Position numbers and translations under genes: made by a program
The notes under the pieces: model-generated
Databases searched by the model: none
The model's input: only the letters and a program-made list of their open reading frames with translations
Told to the model about the DNA's origin: nothing
Assembly: GCF_006345805.1 (NCBI RefSeq)
Contig: NC_042997.1
Coordinates: 127,348,001-127,412,000 of the forward strand
Source: Octopus sinensis
Lineage: Eukaryota
Length of the DNA stretch: 64,000 nucleotides
Direction of reading: 5' to 3'
Shown: one piece after another, positions 39,977-53,331 of the stretch
Layout: each line of letters starts with the position of its first letter
How positions within the stretch are numbered: the stretch's first letter is position 1

Positions 39977-40719
39977 ATATTTATATATATACACACACAC
40001 ACATATATATATATGTACACACACACACACACACACATATATAATGTTATATCATATTAGAGGAAAAATCAAAACCAAGACAGGAGTAGCTCAAGTTATT
40101 TAGAATAATTTAATTAGGGTAAGGTATATAGTAAGTCTTACGACAGTTTATGGGTATTTCGTCATCAGAGACAAGCTATGAATAGTTTAGACGTGGAAAA
40201 TTTATAGCTTACAAGGAATAAAATTCATAGTTTATAAGGAATAAACTAGAATAAAGGAGTAAAATAGAAGAATAAAGAGTAAAGGCAGTTAGAAGAATAT
40301 ATGCAGGAGAATAATGTTCACAACTCATCTTTTTCCCGAGGGTATGGATGTGATCGGTACTTCCTTGAGGGTACAGGTTTTTAGTTAAAATCCCAGGTAA
40401 AGCCAGGTAACATTTTGGCTGTGTTCTGAATGATGTACTGATATTGTTAATGTGTATGACGAGCGTGAACGTATGATGGACATAAATGGGGTTTTTGAGT
40501 GGGTGTATAAGAGAAAGAGAGAGTGAAAGGGGGGAGAGATAGGAAAAGGATTAGAAAATAAGATAGTGGTAAAAATGAAAAAATAACAATAGAATAAAAT
40601 AAAAATAAAAATAGAAATCAAAATAAAGAACAAGAAAAACTCCTCTCTCTGTTTCTCTTTCTCTCTCATCCACCCACTCACAAAAGCCATTTATGTTCAT
40701 CATTCTTTCTCGCTCTATA

Positions 40720-40931
40720 TACAGAACGTCACCAACGGAGCAAACAACACGAAATACGTAAACCTACAAGCTAAATACAATGCTCTAAATGAGTAGACAG
40801 ACCACCGACAACTGATGAAAGCTCATTTCTCTGTGTTTACTTGTCCTGTTTTACATTTTTCTCGTTGTTTATGTATTTAACTCGTTTGTTTACGTATTTC
40901 ATGTTGTTTGCACCGTTGGTGACATCCTGTA
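40720..40931. repeat. Foldback with about 60-bp arms ending at (TA)n
   Basis: TACAGAACGTCACCAACGGAGCAAACAACACGAAATACGTAAAC versus GTTTACGTATTTCATGTTGTTTGCACCGTTGGTGACATCCTGTA. Confidence 0.85.
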
Positions 40932-40943
40932 CCCATATATGCA

Positions 40944-40997
<54 letters not shown>

Positions 40998-42035
40998 GAT
41001 ACATACACACACATGTATGTACGTACGTACATATGTATGTGTATATATATGAAGCATTTTATGCCCTGTTGGCAAAAACTTAGAGTGATCAATACACATA
41101 CAAACACACACACATACATATGGGGAGAGAGAGAGTCAATGTAAGGTCACTAGCCAGTACTTAACTGGATCATTCTACATACTCAATATAGTAGGGTGTC
41201 TCTACCCGAATTAATTGACATTACCCAAGCAATTGTTAGAATATGTTATGCTGACGAGGTCTAATAAGAATCAACCACACCCAATGCTTTCACGATTTGT
41301 TTTTCACGAAGAGATCTACTCCCATATTGCATTTTTCTCTATTCCATACACTTCAATTATTTGATCTTACTGGAGTTATCCTCTTCTTTGCTTATTGTTT
41401 CAGCATTTATGCACCTCTAAAGGGAGGTTTTGCCTTCTAATTGCAAGGATAATCTTAACTGATTGAAGCTTTACCTCCCATTATATTAAATGTGTGAAAC
41501 TCAGTTGCACTTGTAGTTAATATGTGAGAACTCTCTCCTTTAGTCATTTCCTCAACTAGTGTGAATGTGTACGAATGCATGTGCATGTGTGGTGTGCATG
41601 TGTGTGCGCGCATGGATGTGTGATTGTCTTTGAAATTCACTATGTACATATCTAATGAATGATGCATATAAAAAAACTAACATTAAATAAATACATACTG
41701 AGAAAAAAATAGCTAATTTTGAGCGCAGGAAACAATTTTGGATATGTTCAGGGCTTATTCTTAACCTTCTTACGCTAGATGAATTAATAATGAATTAATT
41801 AATAAACAAATCATATATACAAAGTTGTGTGTATTTTGGCATGGAAAAATAGAGGGCAGTGCCAACAGAGCTAATAACTCCTTGGATTTCGTCCACTTTT
41901 TTCGTACTCGAGCCACATGGTTCCAAATATTTCTTTATCTCATGGCACTCTTTAGGGTAAATAAAACTAATTCAGCACACTTTGGGCAAGGAGTCAAAAT
42001 ATGCACTAAAAAAGGCATTTACATATTCTAACCGA

Positions 42036-42441
<406 letters not shown>

Positions 42442-42527
42442 TACAATAAAATATAAAATACTTTTTTAATCAATAAATGAAGCACAGTTATTAAAGCTTC
42501 ATATAATTTAATTACAAATTTCATAAG

Positions 42528-42705
42528 GACAGCAAGCTGGTAGAATCGTTAGCACGCCGGACAAAATGCTTAGCTGCGTTTCGTCCGTCTATACGTTCTG
42601 AGCTGAAATTCCGCCGAGGTTGTCGTTATCTTTCATTCTTTCGGGATCTATAAAATAACTAACCCTGAAATTGCTGGCCTTGTGTCAAAAATTCGATACC
42701 AATAA
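42528..42705 (+). mobile_element. Diverged family B SINE monomer
   Basis: GCTGGTAGAATCGTTAGCACGCCGGACAAAATGCTTAGC head. Confidence 0.75.
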
Positions 42706-42738
42706 TTAGAAATTTCATTGTAATTTCATAGAAATTTA

Positions 42739-42903
42739 GGCGCAGGAGTGGCTGTGTGGTAAGTAGCTTGCTTACCAACCACATGGTTCTGGGTTCAGTC
42801 CCACTGCGTGGCACCTTGTGTAAGTGTCTTCTACTATAGCCTCGGGCCAACCAAAGCTTTGTGAGTGGATTTGGTAGACGGAAACCGAAAGAAACCCGTC
42901 GTA

Positions 42904-42947
<44 letters not shown>

Positions 42948-43160
42948 AGTATATGTTTGTGTGTCTGTGTTTGTCCCCCCAACATCGCTTGTCAACCGAT
43001 GCTGGTGTGTTTACGTCCCCGTAACTTAGAGACCGATAGAATAAGTACTAGGCTTACAAAGAATAAGTCCTGGGGTCGATTTGCTCGACTAAAGGCGGTG
43101 TTCCAGCATGGCCGCAGTCAAATGACTGAAACAAATAAAAGAGCAAAAGAGTAAAAGAGT
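42739..43160 (+). mobile_element. Family A SINE, full length
   Basis: GGCGCAGGAGTGGCTGTGTGG head to AAAAGAGTAAAAGAGTA tail. Confidence 0.9.
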
Positions 43161-43879
43161 AATTTTGTTGTTTTTTAGAGAATAATTTTATTATTTTCCT
43201 CGTGCCCTTTGCTACATTTCACAGTACACTCCTATACTGCAGCACTACACTGTCTAGAAACCACAGCTCTAGCTATTGTAACGTTACCAGATCCACTCCA
43301 GACATAATTAGATAACCTAGGATATATAAACAATTGCATCTATTGAACTCTCTCAGCATTTTATAGATTTCATTTCACTGAGTGCTCCCACGGGTTTACT
43401 AATGCACATCTATCGTAGCTAAAATCCTGCTTTCCTGTTAATCTGTGAGTGATTCCATTTGATTCTGTCACTACTAAAGCTCCCACAATACCAGCTTACG
43501 ACCACGACTGCGACCACGACCACACCACTATAGCTATTACCAAAGCAACCTCTATAGACAGTGCATCTATACTATAGACAGCCACGTCTAAATTGATTGC
43601 TTCACCCCTGCAGCCACCGTCGCACCAGTATTGCTATTACTAAATTAAGTCGTACACCAAAATATCCAGTACGTATACGCTTAAGCCACTTGCACAGCTA
43701 CGTCAGCTTTTGTAGCCATCATTACAGATACCATCTATTGTAAGCGAATTCCTGTTCGTGAATGACTGGGCTCTCAATGTAAGCTCAGAGTGTGACATGC
43801 AGTAGAGTATGAGCATCTTCTCCTTCTGCCTAGTATGAGTTCATCATCACTATGAACATTAGAAAATAGAAATCATGTA

Positions 43880-44560
43880 CCAAACAACTCTATGCAAAGA
43901 ATAAGTGATGTCTATAATCGTAGTCAAGGATCAGATTCTACTGACTGTCGACAGATATGCATCCCTTGTCAGTAATCTCTCGATAATTGTCCACATTCAC
44001 GATGAAGTTAACTGTAGAACCGCTAAGGCCATTATCAATTGTAAATCTCGTAAGATTTATCTGGCACAAAAGGGTTTCAGCCTCTAAACAAATTTGAAAA
44101 TCTCTAGAGTCATTGTTCCGTCAGTTAAACATGAATAGTTTATAACAAGCTCACATAAAAACTTAATTGGTTGCACTCGTACGTTGGCAAGACAAGTACC
44201 TAGGCTCTCAATTCCTCCATTGTACAAAATTGCACAGTGTCTACACACAGCTGTCAGAGCCAGCTGTGCTGATCTGCTTACATTGTCAGAATATATGCTG
44301 AACAGCTTCCAAAACGTCTTTTTGCAATAAGATGATGGAAGAGAAGTGTTTATAGTCAGTGGTCAACGCAGATACTTCAAGGATACTGTCAGTATTAATC
44401 CCGTGTCATGAAAGATCACTTCTGATGGGAGATCTCCCTGGACCTTGCTGTGTCATGGCATCTGAGCTAGCCAGGAGTAAACATACCGAGCAAAAGAGTG
44501 ACGTAGGGAAGAAGAGAAAGCCCAGAGGCAGCAGTGCGTTATCCAAGAAAAAGACCTGAG
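43880..44560 (+). mobile_element. Decayed RTE (BovB-like) ORF2 C-terminal fragment
   Basis: LTVDRYASLVSNLSIIVHIHDEVNCRTAKA; SGQRRYFKDTL. Confidence 0.65.
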
Positions 44561-44958
44561 AGTTACTCCTAAATACAACCATCAATGGCATTATGGTCAT
44601 TATCGACATAAATACTCACCTGAAGGAAACAGGTATCATTACATCTACCATTAAATCTATTACTATATCTTCACAGCAGCTAAATTAAACATTGTACAAT
44701 ATTATCCATCACCTTTACTCTACAATTACCACCAAATAACTCACAACATTCCTAAAGCTACTTTACTCATGGTAGCCACAGCCACAACTATCTCATTTCT
44801 GACTGGCACTTACCACACAGACTACAGCCACTAACATACTGCACCACCAAAGCTGCTACCACACAACGCTATACCTCTGTGACCCTACCACACAACTACG
44901 GCCACACCACACCACTACAACTCCTACTACACCACACAACAACAGTCATTACCATATT

Positions 44959-45341
44959 CTTTTCTACTATAGGCACAAGGCCCGAAATTTTGTGGGAGGG
45001 GACCAGTCGATTAGATCAACCCCAGTACGTAACTGGTACTTAATTTATCGACCCCGAAAGGATGAAAGGCAAAGTCAACCTCGGCGGAATTTGAACTCAG
45101 AACGTAACGGCAGACGAAATACTGCTAAGCATTTCGTCCGGCGTGCTAACGTTTCTGCCAGATCTCCACCTTTTAGAAAGTTGTGGCGAAAAAGTCAGCA
45201 GAAGTTCACCATTACCTTCTGCCGGAGCCGCTTGGAGCTTAGGCGTTTCGTTCATAAACACACAAATCGCCCGGTCTGAGATTTGAACCCGCGATCCCTC
45301 GATCGCGAGTCTGCTGCTCTAACCACTAGGCCATATACCTC
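44959..45341 (-). mobile_element. Chimeric SINE: tRNA-head family C 5' part joined to a family B monomer, one TSD
   Basis: TSD CATTACCATATT at 44947-44958 and 45342-45353; head GGAGGTATATGGCCTAGTGGTTAGAGC...GGTTCAAATC. Confidence 0.85.
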
Positions 45342-46204
45342 CATTACCATATTAGCACACGACTTCCCCTAGCACAGCCACTAGGACCGCCTCTAGAGAC
45401 ATACTTCAAACAACTAGCTCCCAAGTAGGGTGATTGTATGTTTGAATTCCTTAAATATCTGTGATATTTCACACAATTTGATGTTTCTTTTGCAATAATA
45501 TTCTACCATTTACAGTCACATCGTAAACAGGAGTCAATGAGAGAGTCCCCAACAGGTTACTTGAACTGCTAGAAATAGCCACGTCTGCCCCAAATCTTTG
45601 ATAATGTGGTGTTGTCTGATTAACAGCATCTAGGTAAAAAGAGAGTATTACCTTAAGTGAATCAGAATTAACCTGGAATTAAATAATAACTTTATGCTAT
45701 GACGAATTAATTGCTGAAATTTAACACTGATCTTAGAAAGGAAATTAAACTTGTTGGCTGACTGCATAACCAATTACAGGATAGAGCACCTGCTAATCCT
45801 TCTCTCAAATTAGTTAGTTTAATTTACATTTTTCTATTATTGCAGTTGTGTAGCAGACAATGCTGAAAGAATTAAGTACAAACACCTTCCTCTTCGGTCG
45901 AGCACTCTTTACTTTTTCAAGTTCTACTTGGAAAGGAAAGTAGAGAGAGAATTCCTCTCCTACTCCCACCAATAAATTTATCAAAAGGTAGGTGAGTGTA
46001 AGAAAAATGGTTAGGGTGAACAGAACTGCTTTAAGTAGGTGTATGTATATTGGAGAACAGTTGGGTGAAGACTTGTATCCTCAGATATCAGGGTAAATCT
46101 CTATCGAGAAGACAGCATCATCAATGTGTTCATGTATTTTATATACTATATACACTTTTTTCCTCATCTTTTCTTTGCCCTCTCTTCTCCTTTTTTTATG
46201 TAAT

Positions 46205-47250
46205 AGTGTTGATCCGTCGTTGTCGACGATGACCAAGGACATCAAATGAGAGAAGAAGATGGGTCACGGTGCGTCCAGCTGTGGTTGATCAGTCCTATGC
46301 GTGCTCAGAAAGCTCGCTGCAGGTCGGGCACTGGTGGTCAGCTGGGGTTGAAGGCAAGGAGCTGGCTCTGGATTTGTGCAGTTCATGTTTTCTTTGTGAT
46401 CCTGCAATCCTTTTCTCTTCGTAGAAGGTGGCATCTCTGTTGGTGCAGCGACGCCAGGCAGGGCGGTTCTGTGCTTGCATTTCCGAGGTGCCGGGGGTTG
46501 ATCTGAAAGTATTTCAGTGAAGTGTAGAGTATATCCTTGAAGCAATTGCCTTCCGCCAGTTCGTTGTAAAAACGGTGTTTTAGAGAGTCATGTGTCAGGC
46601 ATTCGAGGAAGGTGGCCTGTCCACCTGATCTACGCTCTCCTTAGCAGTATGTAAGTGTTTGACAGATCAGCTCTAGAAGGGACTTCTGTGTCTGGGACAT
46701 TGTCTTTCCGAGTGATTTTCAACAGCTTTCTCAGACAGTTTAGCCTTTTGGCATGGCGTTCCTAAACCGTCCAAATCCCGGCATTATAGTAGCGTAGGCA
46801 GTATAACGAGTCTAGGACATTTACTCCCATGGACAATATCCCGCGCCCAAGGACAATTACACCTGAGGACAACATATGATGATTTAAAACTTCATAATAT
46901 ATCGGAGAAGGGGTAATTAACCAAGAGGGGAGTAATTGTCCCAGGGGTAGTCGGGGGGAATTGTCCTATGGGGGTGGAGTAATTATCCTCGGCGGGTAAT
47001 TGTTTTGATACGAGTATAACTGCTTGCTACACCATCAACTTGGTGGTCAGTTTTATGCCTTTTCTCTCCCACACTCATTTATGTAGACGCCTGAATACTG
47101 AGCTTCCCTTTGCGATGCGTGTGTCGTCTTCGTCGTTAATGTTCACAGATTTTGAGAGTGTGCTGCCGAGGGACGTGAACTTATCGATAATCTTCAGTAT
47201 TTACCCTTCGACACTGATATTTGGTTCCATGTACTTCTTTTCATGTCAAT
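46205..47250 (-). mobile_element. RTE (BovB-like) LINE 3' end interrupted by a MITE
   Basis: LKIIDKFTSLGSTLSKSVNINDEDDTRIAKGSSVFRRL; AVILPTLL; terminal CPTC...RIGLISH; tail GGTCATCGTCGACAACGACGGA. Confidence 0.85.
46808..47012. mobile_element. Foldback/MITE with GGACAATT(A)CCC sub-repeats and 8-bp TSD
   Basis: TSD AGTATAAC at 46800-46807 and 47013-47020; inverted arrays of GGACAAT / ATTGTCC motifs. Confidence 0.75.
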
Positions 47251-49794
47251 CCCTATACGAATTGTAAATTATTATTGCAATGTCCATTTCATCAGATGTC
47301 CCAGCGGCAAATGAAAGAAATCATCCTCATCACCACCACCACCACCACCACCACCACCACCACCACCTCACCGCCACCACCACCACCACCACCAGGATAC
47401 CAAAATGTTTCGGTACAGACGTTACAGACTTATTTGACAGACGTATTTTTTTTAATGTTTCATTTCATTGTTCCTCTCGTTCTGTCTTTCTGTTCCCCCC
47501 TCTATCTCTCCCATTCTGTCTCTTTCTTTCTCTCTGACTCTATGTGCGTGAGCATATTTCCCTTAAGAGTATATTGCGACGGAAATTACTTATGCTAATC
47601 ATGTCCAACTAATAAATTGCAAGCCCCCCTCTCTCTCTCTCCTCCTTTCCCTCCCACTGTTTCTTTCTGTATGTGTATATTTCTGCGCGTGCGCATATAT
47701 GTATATGTTTGTTTCTCGTGCCGAAAGTACTGTCGCCAAAATAAGCTGAATGTCCAGTCAACTAAGTCAAATAATTAGAGCCCAAACGGCTGCGCCTAAT
47801 CGTCTCATTTCGTCATTGTTGTTGTCGTTGCAGCAGCAGCAGCAACAGCAGTAGCAGTAGTAGTAGTAGTAGTAGTAGTTATTGTAACTGCTGGGTTACG
47901 TCTATCTCAGCAAGGTGACTGATCAGTAACTTCCCATTGCAAGACAAGTAACAAAGTTACCCTGAGAGTAGAAGATATGCAACTTGGATCCCTGTCAAAC
48001 TAACCAGTTTATGATTTTGTTACTAATTAATGTTCATAGTGTCTAATATCATTTTACATACATAATATCGTCTTTCACAAAATCCTGTCTCCATAACAAA
48101 AATTTGGATTTAGTTGATGCAAATCTAAGATTCCATATTTAAATATCTTTCATTTCATATCTATTTATTTGGTTTTATGCTCACCGACAGTTCTATACCA
48201 ATGAAAGACTGATTCACTGACATACATTAAAAACCATTGTAACTGGAAAAGACTATAATGATCCAGATATCATCTCAGTTCTAAACAATTAAAAGTCTTC
48301 GAATTCTATTTTTCTTTTTTTTCTTATTTTTCGAAAGTAATATTTCTCACACAATAAAAGCATGGTACCAAGGTAATAAAATGTAATGTCACAGAACTCT
48401 TTCTTCTTAATCACTATATTTCCTTTCAAGCCATTTCCTTTACATTTTTGCAGCGACACACAAACTGAACATTAAATTTACAGAAGATCTCTAGCACAAA
48501 ACACTTCGTCTCTTCTTAGTTCTTAGCAGGAAACTTTTTGTTCAGATGGAAAGGATTTCAAAAAGACTTTCTCGAAATTTCTCTAGACATTTTATTCTTA
48601 TTTTATTCTATTTTTACAATTTTGTCCAATAAAACATAAATCGGTTGAAATATAATCAATCTAAGCAGTTAAATAAGCTTTTCTATATATATAAAAAAAA
48701 ATAGTGGTTGTTTAAAGTTCAGTCAAGGTTTACTTCTATTTACCCTCACAGATGTTGCCGAAGAAAATATTTGATTGATACATCTTCCTATTTTGAGAAC
48801 TATTGATCAACTGAATCTTTCTCTGCTTCTCATCTTAAGAGGACAGACCAATCCTCATGCAGTGTTTGAATGAACTTCAAACGATTTCACTGTCTGCACT
48901 AGGGGCTGCCCTAAATTGAAGTAACTGTAAACATTATTGACTGGAATAAAAGATTAACCTTTACATACGTCTTTGATGCTCAATAAAAAGTAGTCAATGA
49001 CCACAGAAAGAAAAAACAACAACAATCCCTATGGATAAGTAAATAAATAAATAACTATTAATACTTTTACATATATGTAATAATCAAATAATAAAATTTC
49101 AGTTCATCACAAAACTTGAAGTCATTACCGACAGGGTCTTAGTCCGAATTGGACTGTGGGTTTAGGAGGGGTGGCCACAGACAAAAATAGTTGATTTGTT
49201 GCTCTGAGGCCATGAGAAAAACAAGTTATGTCGATCCTATTCAAGAGAAAAAATATTTTCAGCGAACTTAACATCTGAAAGATTTTCCGCAAGTGAAGAC
49301 AACAGTGAATAGAGTTCAAATTTTCCAGGTACAAGACCTTTAAGAGAGATATCGAACAGGGAGCTATATGAGAGGACTAGAATTTGCCATAGAAATATTC
49401 ACTGAACCAATCAAACAAACTTGGCAACATATTCACCATTATTTTTCAATGGAACATTTATGTTCCTCTATTATACATCAACCTTCTTTTACAATGAAAA
49501 TGTTCATACAATTTTACCACAAAATTTTATCTCATACTATCTTATCATAGTTCATCTCACACTCTTACCACACAATTTCACTTTCTATATACAGTCTTAT
49601 TTCACAATTTTACCGCGCAATTTTACTATATAATTTTACTATATATTTATATCAAGTTATATCACAGAATTTAACCACACAGTTTCAGTTTGTTATCACA
49701 AAAATGTAATACATATTTTACCACCATCCTCACCATCTCCATCATCATGATCATCATCTCCATCATCATGATCATCATCATCACATATATACAA

Positions 49795-49985
49795 ATTGTT
49801 TGTGGACTGCACAACGGTATTTTGTGACGAGCTCTTACATAATGATTGCAAGTACTAGCCGAATCAACTTTACCTTTCATCCTAATTCCGATGGAATAAC
49901 CAAATATTGGGCCAGTATAATCGACTAAAGCTTTGTAACATGGTAACAGTCTAGTGACAGAAACTAGCAAAAAAGTAAAGGAATA
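49795..49985 (+). mobile_element. Old diverged SINE (family B-like centre, family A-like tail)
   Basis: CAACTTTACCTTTCATCC ... GACAGAAACTAGCAAAAAAGTAAAGG. Confidence 0.55.
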
Positions 49986-50418
49986 TGTACTATGGAGAAA
50001 TCTGTCAAATTTCTTCACAGCAAAAATAATCGCTAGAGCTTCTTTCACTATTTCACTGTAGTTTTTTTTTGGGGCTGCACACAGCAAGTGAGGTATGAAT
50101 CACTGCGTCCATATTACCGTCTTTGTAACTGTGCTCCTACGCCGTATTTAGAAACGTCAGAAGCTACAACAATATCCACTGCAGGATCGAATGAGCCAGT
50201 GACAAATCCGAAATTAATAATTTTTTAATATCCTGAAACACCTTTTAACAGATGTTTGATCAATTTTAACAGATGTTTGACCATTCGGCGTCTTTCTTTG
50301 ACAAATTGTTAAGTGGAGCTTTCAATTCATACATGTTTGGTATGTAATTTTGATAACAGTTCACTAGGCCAAGAAAAGCTTGTAATGTCGCTACATCAGT
50401 TGGAGGAGGCATATTTTT

Positions 50419-50837
50419 TATTTCTTTACTGCCCACAAGGGGCTACACACAGAGGGGACAAAAAAGGACAGACAAACGGATTAAGTCGATTATACCGACC
50501 CCAGTGCGTAACTGATACTTATTTAATCGACCCCGAAAGGATGAAAGGCAAAGTCGACCTCCGTGGAATTTGAACTCAGAACGTAACGGCAGACGAAATA
50601 CCTGTTTATTTATTACCCACAAGGGGCTAAACACAGAGAGGACAAACAAGGACAGACAAACGGATTAAGTCGATTATATCGACCTCAGTGCGTAACTGAT
50701 ACTTATTTAATCGACCCCGAAAGGATGAAAGGCAAAGTCGATCTCGGCGGAATTTGAACTCAGAACGTACCGGCAGACGAAATACGGCTACGCATTTCGC
50801 CCGGCGAGCTAACGTTTCTGCCAGCTCGCAGCCTTGG
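50419..50837 (-). mobile_element. Family B SINE dimer inserted into Gypsy pol with 14-bp TSD
   Basis: TSD GGAGGCATATTTTT at 50405-50418 and 50838-50851; removing the insert restores KNMPPPTDVATLQAFLG. Confidence 0.9.
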
Positions 50838-52855
50838 GGAGGCATATTTTTAATTGCGTCTTCCCTCGACGGTTCAGGTTATATTCCATTTTTATTTATA
50901 ATTTTTCCTAAATATTTAATTTTAGGCAAAAAGAATTCACATTTCTTTTCACTGAGTGTGAAACCGTAATCTCTTATTTTTTGAAAAACACACTTCACAT
51001 GTTCGGTATGCTGATCACGAGATTCACTTTTAATGAATATATCATTGCGGTACGGAACTGCAAATTGATAGTCTGCCAACATCGCATCTATAACCTATTG
51101 AAATATTGCAGATGCGACCTTCAGATCAAATGGCAATCTATTATATTTGTATAGTCCTCTGTGTGCATTCACTGTTAGAAGCTTTAAACATTCCCCGTGT
51201 ATTTTAATTTGTAGATACGCATCAGACAGATCCAGTTTTGAAATATTTTGCCACACTTTAATTTTGCAAAAATATCCTCCGGAGTAGGCACTCATTCAAA
51301 CCAGTAGAAAAATCGGCACACACTCTGATTTTGTTATTTTTTAAAATACACACAGTTGGTGCTGCCCACTTTTTAAATAATTCCCGATTACCCCAGCCTG
51401 TCTAATTCTTTCTCTACCTGCTTTATCTCAGCGAATGGTACATTTCTATTAGGTCTGAATTGTTTGTAGACTGCACAACGGTATTTTGTGAAGAGCTCTT
51501 ACATAATGATTACAATTACTGGCTAAATCAACTTTACCTTTCATCCTAATTCCGATGGAATAACCAAATAACCTTTATTTGAAAACAGGTCTCAGTCTTA
51601 GAAGAAAGACCTAATTTATCCGACAGCACTTCAGGAAACAAGTTTTTAAATTTTTTCTTCAATTCAGCTGCTGAGTTATTTCACTGGTGGAGCAGCTATT
51701 TATTTATGTTTTTACAGAAACAGACTTATGGTGAGGTCCCATAAGTCAAACAACTCCAACCGGTCCGTACCGAACAGATTGGCTGCGTTATTTTTCACCA
51801 CGAAAACTTTTACTCAACAGGTGATATCACTCCACATTTCGCCTACGAAGGTGTAGTTTTTCACCGGTCACGCCTCGTGCAATTTTTGATGTTTTTCTGA
51901 ACGATGGTTTCCAAATTCTTATCCACGTATCAGTATTAATAATCGAGATGCCGCTACCAGTATCTAGTTGTAATTTAGTATTCACTTCATTTACTTTTAC
52001 ATGTACAAATTTCCTCTTTTTGGTTGCTTCTACTTTCCGTTGAGAAAACTTTAGAATTTTTTGTGTACGACCTTCATAACTTTGCTCTGCAATGTGAGCT
52101 CCTGTGTTACTTTTTGGCAACAGTAACATTTTTGTGTTTTGAAAGAACAATCCTTCCTGAAATGTAGGGCTCCACATCCGTAGCATGGATTTGGTCTTAA
52201 CATTTTTTGCTTTTTGTTTATACCTTCCCGGTCTACACGCTTGTACTTGTGAGAACTCCTCTTCAATTTTCTTTACGTCCTGACATAAGTTTACCATTCT
52301 TCGACACTCCTCTGCAACAGTCCGCAGGGTTCAACTTTGGTCCGCTTATTTAAGTTTTGTGAGAATTCTTGCACGTATCTCCGCATCTTTGTTTGTGGTA
52401 AGTCCTTGTACAAAACTGAGGTACTTAAACACATCAGGAATTGGTTCCTTCAGTTTGATCCTTTCTCGGAATACGTGACAGAGTTTTCATCATCTCTGTT
52501 AGCTAGATTCCACCACTCCTATCAAGTGTTAAATAGGGAACTCTTATCACTGAATATTTCTGATAGTAGTTCGATTGGTTCTTGAAAACAAATTTCCTAG
52601 GTTTTGGGGGTAGTATGAAATTACAATATTTTTTCTGTTCAGCCGGTGCTAATTTATATAATGATAGTCTTACTTTTTCCTTGTCCGTTCACGACTTGGA
52701 GCCTTCCTTAAACATTTAGTACATTCTAAAGTACGCTGCAAAAGTTATACCCTCCTCTGGGTCATAACTGAATTTTGTTATAGAGTTCGATACGCCGTCT
52801 GGCGAAAACGAATTTATAGTGTTTTCTGGCATCTTTATTAGTTCCAGCAACTGCT

Positions 52856-53180
52856 GTTCGACCCTTTTGTATTGTTATTCGGCTCTTGAGTACTATTGTT
52901 CGACTCCTGAGTACTGTTGTTCGACTCTTGAGTACTATTGTTCGACTCTTGAGTACTGGTGTTCGACTCCTGAGTACTGTTGTTCGACTCTTGTGTACTA
53001 TTATTCGACTCTTGAGTACTATTGTTCGACTCTTGAGTACTGTTGTTCGACACTTGAGTAATATTATTCAACTCCTGAGTACTGTTGTTCGACTCCTGAG
53101 TACTGTTGTTCGACTCTTGAGTACTATTGTTCGACTCTTGAGTACTGTTGTTCAACTCCTGAGTACTGTTTTTCGACTCT
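52856..53180. repeat. 21-bp minisatellite (GAGTACTGTTGTTCGACTCTT, about 15 units) in the gag 5' region
   Basis: Directly visible; explains ORFs 52819, 52838 and 52886. Confidence 0.95.
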
Positions 53181-53331
53181 TTCTGCTGTTGCTGTTATCG
53201 CTGTTGCTGTTACTGCTGTTGCTTTTGCAAATGATTTATAGAACTTAATAGGAGTTCCATAATTAACAACTTTGTATCACAACAATTAATTAACTGACCT
53301 GCGTGAGCTTTGAATTCTTGTCGCCAATTAT

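Noticed and set aside
45260-45341. tRNA gene
   Set aside because: A and B boxes are present but the acceptor stem is not intact, and it continues into a SINE body with a TSD.
49125-49334. Helitron PIF1 helicase remnant (CFSHG motif)
   Set aside because: A single 5-residue match with no supporting motifs.
52856-53180. CRISPR-like array
   Set aside because: Units are contiguous 21-mers with no unique spacers, inside Gypsy gag, in a eukaryotic context.
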